Part shown: one piece after another, positions 12,050-23,162 of the stretch
How the letters are laid out: every line of letters begins with the position of its first letter
How positions within the stretch are numbered: the first letter of the stretch is position 1
Assembly: GCF_036365525.1 (NCBI RefSeq)
Contig: NC_090403.1
Span: 35,845,461 to 35,909,460 of the forward strand
DNA length: 64,000 nucleotides
Source of the DNA: Heterodontus francisci
Lineage: Eukaryota
Reading direction: 5' to 3'
Translations under genes and position numbers: made by a program
Notes under the pieces: model-generated
The model's input: only the letters and a program-made list of their open reading frames with translations
The model's database searches: none
What the model was told of the DNA's origin: nothing

Positions 12050-13160
12050 TAGTGCAGCTTTCCTTGTGCATATCTCATGGCACCTTCCCTTTAATCCCAG
12101 CATCCAGCACCTAGACATCATCTTCCTCCACATCCTTATTGTCGGAGGAGGCATCGCGCTCCAGGATGTCCTCATTGTTCAAAGCTTCTCCCCTCTGTAG
12201 TTCCAGGTTGTGCAGTGCACAGCGTACCACCATTATTTGCAAGACCCTTGCTAGGGCATACTGAAGGGCTCTATCAGATCTATCAATGCATCCGAACCAT
12301 ATCTGCTCAATGGTCACACGAGTTGTCCCATGGCTGGTGTTGTAGCTCTCCTCTGCAGCAGTGCTAGGTTCTCTCACAGGCGTCAGTAGCCATGTCCTCA
12401 GTGGATCGTCCTTGTCACCCATTATCCATCTTTGAAAGCACAGAGGGGGGTATGAAAAGGTCTGGCACCTGGGACTGCCTTAGTATGTAGGCGCCAGGGC
12501 TACTTCCTGGGAACTGTGCACACACCTGCAGGAGCTATTTAAGGTGGTCGCAGACCAGTTGTACATTGAGCGAGTGAAGTCCTTCCTGGTCAGTGGGAGC
12601 CTTGATGGCCACATGCATGTAGTCAATGACACCCTGCACCCATGGCCCTCTCAGCTTGACTGTCTGGATCGGTGCAGAAGTGCATGTATTGGCTGGCCCT
12701 CATGAAGATAGCATTGGTGACCATTTTAATGCAGCGATGAGTCACAGACTGGGAGATCCCACACGTATCTCCAGTGGATCCCTGGAATGAGCCTGACGCA
12801 TAGCAATTCATCACCTTGGTGACCTTCAGCGCCACTGGCATTGGGTGGCCACCACTTCCCATGGGGCTCAGCTCGTCCTCCATCACTGCACACAGCTCTG
12901 TGATGGCCTCCCTGGAGAGGCAGAGTCTTCAGCGACACTGCTGCTCTGACATTGGAAGTCAGCTGAGCCTTAGTCAGTGGACCCTCTGTGGCAGGTAACC
13001 TCTTCTTCACACAGGAGGCTGGTTGCATGTCCCTCTGTGCCCTTTTCCTGCATTCCCTGTCTGCCTAAAGCTGCTGCTCCTTCTGCCCTGCTACCTCTGG
13101 CTGCAGCTCTCTCCCACTTTGATTCTCCTCCTCACTGGAGGACCTGAAGCCTGAATGCAT
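12050..13160 (-). pseudogene. Harbinger (DDE_Tnp_4, HARBI1-like) transposase pseudogene
   Basis: PMPVALKVT..NCYASGSFQGSTGDTCGISQS.THRCI; GDKDDPLRTWLLTPVREP..YNTSHGTTRVTIEQ..CIDRS..ALQY..HN. Frameshifts and stops. Confidence 0.88.
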
Positions 13161-14202
13161 AAGGCTGGTAGCTGCACTCACTCTCCAAGCCTCTTACCTG
13201 CCCCCCCTCCCCACTGCTTTACGCATACAAGTGCCAGCTCCGATATGGCACTCTGGCGGTATGCCCCCGCAGTTCTGGCAACTTTTCCCCTCCTCCCGAC
13301 TGACAGTGGAAATGCCCGTCCTGTTAAACCTATCTAGGATTGGCTGACCGCTAGCTCATCACCTTCTTATACTGAGGAGGTTCTGAACCCCCGTGCAATT
13401 GGAAAAAATCTGAAAACCGTGGGAAAATTGAAGTTAATTGCTTGGTGAACATGCTTAGTTACCTTGCTGCCATGTGTGAGTGCAAGGTCTTCCCACCATG
13501 CTGGGTGCCCTTCAGAATATCTGGTTGTGGCATGAAGACGTTGCCTTCTGTCCCGAGGCCTTCAGTCCTGATATTCTGACTCCTCTCAGATCCCAGCCCA
13601 ACCCCAACGGAGTTGGAAAATTCCGCCCTACTTTTTTTGGTACTCATTTCTTGAATGTCAAGACAAGGCAATGGCATGAAAACCATATTTCTACTTTGTA
13701 TGGATGGCAGTCCACTTGCAGGCAAACAAAATGGTGGTCGTACAGAAATGGTGGTTTCTCTCCAGAGGTACTTAAGCCCCTTTTCTTGCATTGTAGATTT
13801 TCCTTCAAATATTCCCTTCCTCCTGGATATCTTAATAGTCTTTTGAGGGTGAAAATAAACTGCAAAGAGTTTCCACAAGGAGCACTGGAACACAATCTTG
13901 CTTCGATGGTGATTCAAAGCACTAATGCATTTTTTTTTGCTGTACATGAATTCTTTGTTTTTTCTAACAAAGTGATCCATGTCTTATTAGGCATTTAAGT
14001 AACTGCTGCCTCTCAGGATTTGCTGCAGCAGTGCCATTCACCTATTGTTTCATGGGAATTAAATGAACAGATCTGTATAAGCCTAAGAGACCCAAATCAG
14101 TTCAAGTTACAATTGCTCTAATAGACCTTTAAAACACCTTGTCAGTGCTTGAGATCTGGAGGTTGCCTAGAATAATAATATTGCTTGAAGTCACTGAGAT
14201 GA

Positions 14203-14960
14203 GGGCGGGATTTTGTGCCCCCCACCCCTGCACACCCCCCGGGAGTGGGCTAGGAGACAGTGGGGGCTGTAAATTCGAGTGGAAGGCCAGGGGGTTGGTG
14301 CCATGCCTGTCATCTACCTGCCCCGTTGCTACTTCACCAGTGACGAGGGAAGTGGCAAGCAGCCCATCTGCCCTTAGGCCAATTGAGGGCCTTAAGAGGC
14401 CAGTTAATGGCCACCTAAGGGCCTCTTCCCGTTGCTGCTGGTATTTTACCAGAGGCTGTCGGCCACCGCCACCTGAGGAGGTCATCCAGTAATACTTGGC
14501 GTCCTCTTTGTAGGCTGGGGGTGGTGGGTGCCCTCCCCATTGGGAACCCTGTGCCCCATGGAGGCTACCTCCCTGAAACTAACCCCCCTAATGCTGCTTT
14601 CCAACCCACAACAACCCCCCTCCCACCCCCTCACTGGGGCACAGCCAATTGTCCCCAGCAAGGCCTGACCCCCACTTACGTCTTTGAAGGGTGACATCCA
14701 TTGCTCCTCTTCATGCTGGGTGCAGTTCCAGCAGTGGCAACCGCTCCCAGTGGCACTGCTGGGACTGAAAAGCTGCCAGCCCTCTGATTGGCCAACAGCT
14801 CTTAGAGGTGGGATTTCCTACCTCAGAGGGGCGGAAGTCCTGACTTATTCCAGTTAAGGGGCTGGGCCAGGCAAAATACCAGCAGGCCCAGCAGAGGTGG
14901 GCTCACCACCCCCAAATTTCCAGCCAGTGAGCAGGACTACCGCCTCATGAAATCCCAGCC
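14203..14960. mobile_element. Harbinger-like MITE (~760 bp)
   Basis: Termini GGGCGGGATTTTGTG and CATGAAATCCCAGCC are imperfect inverted repeats resembling the TIRs of the neighbouring Harbingers. No coding capacity. Confidence 0.62.
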
Positions 14961-15483
14961 AAGGGGTTTTCTTCTAGGTATACAAGAAAAGCTACTTACT
15001 GTTGTATAGGGCACATGTAAAGGACTAGGGGTAGACCAAAATAATAAGATAAATGACACAATATGAAAGATAAGGGCCACAAAATTCGACTCCTTAGTGC
15101 CTGTGATTTTCACACTATGGTTGCCGTTTTGGTTCTCGAATGCCAGCCGCACTGCACATGGACACTTCCAGCACAGCTTGTACCAGATGCCATTTTGGCG
15201 AGGGTGTTAGCACGGGTGTTAGGAGCCTGCATTGGAAGTATGCAGAGTAGGTAGATTGTGATGTCAGTCAGCAGCAGGAAGGACTCTCCTAGCCTTGCTA
15301 TTTAGGGAGATCATCAACTACTTTCGGGTTGGTTGCTAATTGATTTCTACTGGCTCTGCCTGAGTTTGTAGAAGTGCTGTGAGTTTTCTGCTGCTGGTTA
15401 AATTTGTTGATGTCGACAGGGAGTGGTAGAGAAGGCCTTGGTTCTGACTTCAAGAGTTCTGGTCAGACCAGTTGCTTCCAGTT

Positions 15484-16940
15484 GTGGGTGCTGTAGTTAC
15501 CATCCCTCTTGGCCTGCAGCATAACAAGGAGATGGAGCAGAGGCAGCACAGAAGAAGACAAGCTGGTCACGGAGGGAGGGGGAGAAGGGCTTTCAGCAGG
15601 AGACTTGATCCAGCTAGGGTCTTTAGGTAGCATTTCTCACGTCAACCGAAGCCAGGAACATTCTGTCCACTATCTCTGTTTTACGAAGGGTGCTCACAGA
15701 AATCTGCCACCTCTTGCAGGTAGTCCTGCAGCCTGGAGAGAAGGGCAAGGATGGCACTGCCAGTGGCTGTGATGGTGACCGTCGCCATGAGCATCTTCAT
15801 TTCGGAATCCTTCCAGACTGGAGCACACGACATCGCTAACATTTCCCAGCTTTCCATCCACTGCTGCATAAGGAAGGTGACTGACACTCTTTGTGCTAGG
15901 AGAGGGGAGTACATTGTGTTCTCTCTGACCAGGCAGAGCGTGCAAGTGGCTGTGCCAGGATCATGGGGTTCCCTGTGATACAGAGTGCCATCAACTGCAC
16001 ACACATGGTTTTGCAGGTGCTGAGTCAACAAAGGTTCCACTCCCTGAATGTGCAGTTGGTGTGTGACCATGGTCAGCACTTCATGTAGGTGAATGACACC
16101 CAGTCAGGTTGCCTTCATTCTGCGCCAGTCCACTGTTCCCTCAGTATTTGAGCCACCCGGGAGATGGTGGCGTGGTGTTAATATCACTAACCGAGTAATC
16201 CAGAGGCCCAGGCTAATGACCTGTGGACATGGGTTCAAATCCCACCACAGCAGCTGGTGAAATTTGAATTCAATTAATTAATAAAAATCTAGAATTGGAA
16301 GCTAGTCTCAGTAATGGTGCCATGAGAAACTAGCATCGTTTTCTGTGTAAAAACTCATCTGGTTCATTAATGTCTTTTTGGGAAGGAAATCTGCTGTCCT
16401 TACCCGGTCTGGTCTACATGTGACTCCAGCCCCACAGCAATGTGGTTGACTCCTAACTGCCATTTGAAATGGCCTAGCAAGTCACTCAGTTGTCAAGGGT
16501 AATTAGAGATGGGCAACAAATGCTGGCCTTGCCAGTGACGCCAAAATCCCATGAAAGAATCAGAAAAACACATCAAAAGTGGCTGCTGGATGACCGGGTG
16601 ATCTGCTGCCCACCTGGCTTCTCAACCCAACCACATGGCCAGCATTCACATACTGAGAGCCATGCCGCCACACGAAACATCGTAGAGCAGAGCATTGGTG
16701 TGTTAAAACAATAGTTCTGCTGCCTGGACCGCTCTGGAGGAAAGCTATAGTATTCACTGGAGTATGTGCCATGATTCGTTGGGGTCTGCATAACCTTCTC
16801 ATCATGAGGATACAGCCTTTGCCACCAGGGTTATGGCAAGCAGCTGAGCAAGAGGTGAGGGAGTAAGAGTATCAGAAGGAAGGGAAAAAGCAATCAGTAC
16901 ATCCCCTTCTGGCCAGACTGTTATGATCATTTTACAACAG
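15484..16940 (+). pseudogene. Harbinger transposase pseudogene
   Basis: ALPVAVMVTVAMSIFISESFQTGAHDIANISQ..IHCCIRKVTDTL; QSAINCTH; FHSLNVQLVCDH; HAATRNIVEQSIGVLKQ*FCCLDRSGG. Interrupted by the SINE at 16159-16568. Confidence 0.85.
16159..16568 (+). mobile_element. tRNA-headed SINE, full-length copy (LINE head + LINE tail family)
   Basis: TGGCGTGGTG A-box-like, GGTTCAAATCC B box, same body and tail as 86-1278. Confidence 0.85.
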
Positions 16941-17129
16941 TTCCAAGGGAACACCACCCCATCCCCCATTCTACAACAGTCTCACACCTTACAATCCCTC
17001 TGTCACTGACAATCACAGCTTTCCCTTGGCCACAATGCTGAAATAAAGCCACCACAAAATAACCATTCCAAACCAACTTTATTAATCAAACCATCCAATA
17101 TTCCATGCAAAACTCTGTGCATTCCCTTT

Positions 17130-19110
17130 GCCTGGCCTAGTGCTCCTATGCAGTTCTGCCCCAGTGGCTGCAGCATGGGTGGTGGAAGGCTGCTGACTTT
17201 CGGTAGGGGAGGCTGCAGACAGCCTTGCGAATACCCACAAGCAGCTCTGGGCCTGGAAGGCCTCACGTTGGACTGCACCATCTCCGCGTGGCAGCAATCC
17301 GGGCTGACTGGCTGTCAGGCAACAGCAAGGGCAGTGACAGAGTGGAAATGGGGGGAGGCCGAATGCTGTCATCCTGAGAGAGGACAGCAGGTTTGCACAG
17401 CACGGAGCCTCAGCAATCCTTGTAATCTGTTGGAGCACAGAATGTTGGGCTGCTGTGAAACTCTACAAGCCTCTTTAAACACTGGTATCTGCAGCTGTAA
17501 TAGCAGCAGTCTGAGCCTGAATGGCAGCAAGCTGAGAGTGCATGACCTCCATCTGAGCTTCCACTGCATAACTCAGACATCGCATAGCTTCTGCTTATGC
17601 TGCAATGAAAGCTGAGACATTGGCCATCAGATGTTGCATCATGGTTCCGTCTTCAAGTGGAAAGGATGGGCTCCAAGTTCTGTGCAAAGCCCTGTGCCAA
17701 GTTAGTGCCGGACTCCTCCATGCTCCTTGAAAGAGACAGCAAACTTTCTGGCAGGTCTGCCAATGCACCAGCTGTGGAGAGCTGGAACTTGCACTACTCT
17801 TTCCCCCTGCCCTGGCTACAGGCCTCTCGTGTCCTGTGACTCACCACATGCAAATCACCTCCATGCTGTCCTCTAAAGTACGCACTGTACCAGTATCTGA
17901 GCTGATAGCTCTGTATGTGAGATCGAGTAACGGTGTTTCATCATCATCAGTCTCCTGTTCCTCTTGGACTTCATATTCCTGCGCCATTTCCTGGCCAGGT
18001 GGCAGTTTTTCTGAAAGGAGAAAGACACAAGGGTATGGTTGCAGGGAGGGAAGGTTGGGAAAGCAAGAGGTGCATGCTTAGACCATCTGCAGCTTGCAAA
18101 TCATAAGAGATTGTAGGAGGAGGGGGAAACGGGATGTGAGAGCGTGGGTTAGGCAGGAACATACTGTGACCTTTTATGGTTGCAGCCCTGCCGCTGGCCC
18201 ACACTGGGTTAGGTGCTGCTGCCTGCAGTTGTGCGCCACTTGTCCTGCAAGAGAGAAAGAGGTGCATCAGATAGTGTGCTGCACTGTGTTCAGGTGATGT
18301 GGCTGTCATAGTTGAATAGCTGGCAGTGTGTGCAAGCTGTGAGATCTGGGTGTGAGGCTTGCAACAGTGCTAAAGGTGTGAGGGTGAGGTGAAGCTGTGA
18401 ATGCTTGGTATGAGTCATGCTTGGTAGAGAATGATGGTGGATGAGTGAAGGGTGTGATGAATGGAGCAGTGTGAGGCTAATGGTTCATTTGCAAGGATAA
18501 GGTTCAAATCCCACCACAGCAGCTGGTGGAATTTAAATTCAATTAATTAATAAAAGTTCAATTACTTAATAAAAAATCTGGAATTGAAAGCTAATCTCAG
18601 TAATGTTTCTATGAAACTGTCATTGATTGTCGTAAAAACTCATTTGGTTCACTAATGTCCTTTAGGGCAGGAAATCTGCTGTCCTTACCTGGTCTGATCT
18701 ACATGTGACTCCAGACCCACAGCAATGTAGTTCACTCTTAACTGCCCTCTGAAATGGCTCAGCAAGCTACTCAGTTGTCAAGGGCAATTTGGGATGGGCA
18801 ACAAATGCTGGCTTTGTTAACACCCACATCCCATGAAAGAACACAAAAAAAGGCATTTGAAGATGGATTCACTGAGCTTGACCACTCATGTGAGGTCATT
18901 AAGCTTCTTCCTGCACTGCATATAGGTACTCAGGGCTTGACTGCTTGCATTGACAGAAATGGTTACGTGCTCCCACTGCCTTCCCAGTGTCTGCCTGAAG
19001 GACTTCCTGGACCCCTGCGGGTAGAGGACCTCTCTCCTCTTGTTCACCTCCAGGGCCTCCAGTGCTGCGTCTGAGAACCTTGATGCACCCTCTCGGCCCT
19101 GTTGCACCAT
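17130..19110 (-). pseudogene. Harbinger Myb/SANT-like protein pseudogene (spliced)
   Basis: MVQQGREGASRFSDAALEALEVNKRREVLYPQG...WEHV..SVNASS...MQCRKKLNDLT (18886-19110). Downstream exon remnants near 18150-18247 and below 18012. Confidence 0.78.
18501..18851 (+). mobile_element. tRNA-headed SINE, 5'-truncated at the B box
   Basis: Begins GGTTCAAATCCCACCACAGCAGCTGG. Same body and tail as 16159-16568. Lies in the intron of the Myb pseudogene. Confidence 0.85.
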
Positions 19111-21513
19111 TCTCTTCTTCCTGCTCAGAATGTCTTCTGCAGGCAGTTCCAGCACTTGCTTTAGCCAGAATGCATCTCCCCTTTAAATGATGCGGCCTGG
19201 CTTTAAGAAGTGCAGGCTAGCTTTAAGTGGTGCTAGTCTCACATGAACTTGGGCCCCCTGCTCAGCCATGCAACCACTCAGCAAGCAGCATATTTACTGC
19301 ACGCTACTATCATTTAAATTGGCAGGCAGCACAAAGTTTGCATGCTGCCTGCATCAGAACAAATGAGTGCAGATTAATTGCGCATCACGGTCCCCGTGCC
19401 TGTTTTTGGGCCTAATCCAACTTTTCTTCCAAGACCTGTCACATGCCACAAGTCCAATTAAGGATGGTGGGCGGGCTCTTGAAGCTGCAGGGCCAATAGG
19501 AGGTCCGCCAGTATGGAAGGAGCTGCTGCCTGCCGTTCTAGGTAAGGGAGAGAGAGGCTGCCTCTATTTTGAGGAACCCTTTCAGCAAATTTAAAGAAAT
19601 TGAAATAAAAAATGGCCACAGCTGCTGGTGGAAGGGGCCGCCTATGGCCGCAGCTGTGCTCAGGTAGGCGGGAGGGCCTCAAAGCCTGCTTGGAGTGCAA
19701 ACCCTCCAGTCTGTCGCCAGGAGGCCGTGTCCAGATAGAGTCGACCTCTGATAATTGGCCTAATTGGCTTTTAACTTAAATTAATTGGTTACCCGCGGTG
19801 TGCAAGTGTGAAATTATGTGCCCACCTACCTCTGTTCTCGCCCCTATATCTGGGTGGAGTTCAGTCCCATATTGTAGTCAATTCCAACAAAGATCGCTGA
19901 ATAAGATGGGCAAAGGGCAAGTCTCTTATAGCCTGATGAGTGGAGCAACACGAAATGTGCTCATGTTTGCATGGACCCATAGAATTGGGTTAATTTTCCA
20001 ATTTCAGCTTCACAAATCTAGAAATTTATACTTTTGCAAAATACTCCCAGACACTGATCCAAATGCATGGTACTTGGAAAGTTGCAGCCACTAGGTCACT
20101 GGGGCAAGTTACTTTCCAGATTTGCCAGGTTGGAAAGGAAGGCTATTTATCCTCTTTGTAAATAACACAAATGCATTTCTTCTTCAGTCTAAACTTCTTC
20201 ATTGTTTCCCTCACTGTGCTTTACCCTTTGCACTCTATATCAGCAGTTTTCCAAGTCTGATAAATCTTAATCCCCAAATAATATCTTGTCTTCTTTTTTC
20301 CTAGGATGCTGGGAGGAAACCATCTTGGATAAATTGAAAAGGAAACTATCCATTCATCAAGCAAGTGATAAAACAAGTTAAAAACTGGACCAGACTTGAA
20401 TACATAACACTAAGATTAATCTATCTTCACCTCAATGAACTTCATGGCATGATATGAGGAAATCTTTGCCCACAGATGCATAGCAGGCAACGTTGGAAAA
20501 GATTGAACAAAGGAAACTACAGAAAGCCTCTTCCTCCTCCTCCATTCATAGGATGCATTTATAAGTTAACTTTGTGGTGGAAATATTCCAGCAAAGCAGT
20601 AGTTTGATGTGTACAATGTAAATTTGGCATCATCCATATGGCTCCCAGAATATTGATCTCTCCCTGCTGGGTAATCTTATACACAACATAAAAACAACAT
20701 CCTACCAGCACTTCCTCATCAATGTTTTCGAAGATGTGTTTGCCCCTCTGTCTTTGGATTTAGATTGATCACATCTGCTATCTTAGTCTTGGAGTCATCA
20801 CTTCAATTGCTCCAAAAATATCATACAGATTGGGTGAATTGGATTTTTGCCATCTGGCACTAGAGACCATTGTCCTGTTGCACTAACAGTAAAATCTTGT
20901 CAGTGTGCAATATTAGAGGCAGACAGAACTATTGGACTTCCACTGGACAAGCTGACAGAATAATATTTTAAAAAAGCCTGCAAAACTCAGCTCCATGTGT
21001 CCCAATCATTATTGCTTTAAAAGCTTTTGTCCACAATTTGATGGAATATTTGGCCTTTTTTAGCAAGCAACTCATATAAATCGATATCTTGTCCCTGATA
21101 CAGGTGAAGCCAAATGCTTAAGCACAGCTTGTTGTGCTAAAACCTGGGTAATATATATTCCTTAGCCATTTTCTCCTTTGGTTATACTTTGAAATGTTTC
21201 CCTTTATTAAAGGCATTCGTAATGTTATTGCTGTCACTGTGCTTCCATTTTCTTCTGTGATTTTATTGACATCAAGATACAGAATAATGTAAGGTACTGA
21301 GGCTTATTTACAATAGTTGTCAGTTAATTAGAACATCTTAAAATTCTGCTCCATAATCTGTATTTTTTGTACACTAAGCCATCGTGAACTACAGTAGAAC
21401 TCCTGCACCGCATTCAGAAATAACTAGCAATTACTAGAGCAGGCTCTTAATATTCCTAAGAGTACAATATAAATACTGACATCTTTGATTGTGTTTTTAA
21501 TTCTTTATTATTC

Positions 21514-21848
21514 GGGCGGCACAGTGGCGCAGTGGTTAGCACCGCAGCCTCACAGCTCCAGTGACCCGGGTTCAATTCTGGGGACTGCCTGTGTGGAGTT
21601 TGCAAGTTCTCCCTGTGTCTGCGTGGGTTTCCTCCCACATGCCAAAGACTTGCTGGTTGATAGGTTAATTGGCCTTTATAAATTGCCCCTAGTATAGGTA
21701 GGTGGTAGGGAAATGTAGAGACAGGTGGGGATGTGGTAGTAATGTGGAATTAGTGTAGGATTAGTATAAAATGGGTGGTTGACGGTCGGCACAGACTTGG
21801 TGGGCCGAAGGGCCTGTTTCAGTGCTGTATCTCTAAACTAAACTAAAC
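21514..21848 (+). mobile_element. HE1-type V-SINE
   Basis: GGGCGGCACAGTGGCGCAGTGG A box, GGTTCAATTC B box, (TAAAC)n tail. Nearly identical to 40731-41082. Confidence 0.9.
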
Positions 21849-22221
21849 TTCTACAGAAATTAATTCTTCGTTCTGGTTTGCTAAAGATAACATTTAAAAT
21901 GTGTACAATAGGATTTTTAAAAATCAAATACATCCTTCTGTCTTCGTCCAGTTAACAGAAACTAATAACAATCAATATGAAATGTATGAGTATGAAATAT
22001 TTTTTTAAAATCTATATTAAATAAGATGCAGTTTTTTCCCCCCCCTGAAGTGAACAGCTGTTTTGACTGGTCAGTTAGTTAAGTTGGAACTTCCAGGTAC
22101 CACTCAGGGCTTGATGAGTTTTACTCATTCTCAGCCAGGCTGCAAGTTGGAGCACCCCCAGGGACTAGACCATGTGACATCAATAAAAGAGTGATTAAAA
22201 TTACATCCTCTAATCTATGAT

Positions 22222-22391
22222 GTGTCAGCTGTGGCTCAGCTGCTAGCACTTTCACATTATCAGATTGCTGTTTGTAAGTTGGCTGTCACATTTCCTACAT
22301 TACAACAGTGACTGCACTTCAAAACTACTTCATTGGATGTCCTGAGGTTGTGAAAGGCGATATATAAATGCAAGTATTTCTTCTTTTCTTT
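22222..22391 (+). mobile_element. Internally deleted DeuSINE (SacSINE1-like)
   Basis: Head GTGTCAGCTGTGGCTCAG joined directly to the tail ...AAAGGCGATATATAAATGCAAG plus T-rich end. Confidence 0.7.
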
Positions 22392-23162
22392 CTGTAATTC
22401 TGCAGACTTCACTAACGACATGTCTAAAATCCATTCCCTTTTGCATATTTTGTATTAATTGTTCATGATATGGCCATCTAACTCATGAGCAAACCTAATG
22501 TAAAACCACATGTACACACTGTGACATCATCTTACTATTTCATTTGTGCACTGTTTCTCCTATGAGTTTGCAGATTTAAAAAAAAGATCTGACTTCTATT
22601 CTTGGCTGTTCATTTAGAATTACTGGGGAAGAAGATCTCTTTCTCTTTACAAAATAATGGGTTTAATTTATGCCAGATGTGCGTCACTGCTTGTTTGATT
22701 CAGCCTGACATATCAGAGCCTTGAATAATGCCAGTGCAGTTCAACATTTGCTTATTGTTTTGCTTCAGTTAGTTCGTGCCTAAAATGAGTGAAGATGTCT
22801 TTAGAAAAACATGAGCCTTCGTTTTACGTGAGAAAAGTTAATGTAAACCTAATTATAACATTACTGACCATCTTAAACCAGGAGAGAGCCCTTCATCAAA
22901 GTCCGTTATTAAAATAGATGCAAGCCTCCCTCTACTGACAGTGCACTCATAGAGCTGTCTTCCTTATTTTAGGCAACACACAGGTGAGAGATTTTTTTAA
23001 ACAAATAAACAATGATAATGGGATAAAGGTTAATCTAGTGGAAACCTGAAAAAGCTATTTGTGTGAAACAATTGTCTGATTTTGAGATAACACATTGTTG
23101 TACAATTCAGCACACAAGTCTTCTTTGCATAAAAATACGAAATTATTTTTCCATGTTATATA

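Larger units (their letters stand above)
9668..13628. mobile_element. Decayed full-length PIF/Harbinger transposon, family 1 (Myb gene +, transposase -)
   Basis: Imperfect TIRs GGGCTGAATCTT... and ...GGAAAATTCCGCCC. Flanks TAT/TAC. Two convergent pseudogenes inside. Confidence 0.8.
15074..19430. mobile_element. Decayed PIF/Harbinger transposon, family 2 (transposase +, Myb gene -), with two SINE insertions
   Basis: Convergent transposase and Myb remnants. Termini degenerate, so boundaries are approximate. Confidence 0.72.

Noticed and set aside
12050-13160. Domesticated HARBI1 gene (also 15484-16940 and 60050-61330) or NAIF1/MSANTD genes
   Set aside because: All copies carry multiple stops and frameshifts and sit between TIR-like ends with a convergent Myb partner, so they are dead transposons.
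13459-13998. Overlapping 172-173 aa ORFs on both strands
   Set aside because: They straddle a transposon terminus, have no recognisable domain and lack convincing splice context.
20960-21110. Minus-strand KKAKYSIKLW resembling the piggyBac KPAKYGIK.W motif
   Set aside because: Surrounding residues show no other piggyBac motifs, so probably chance.
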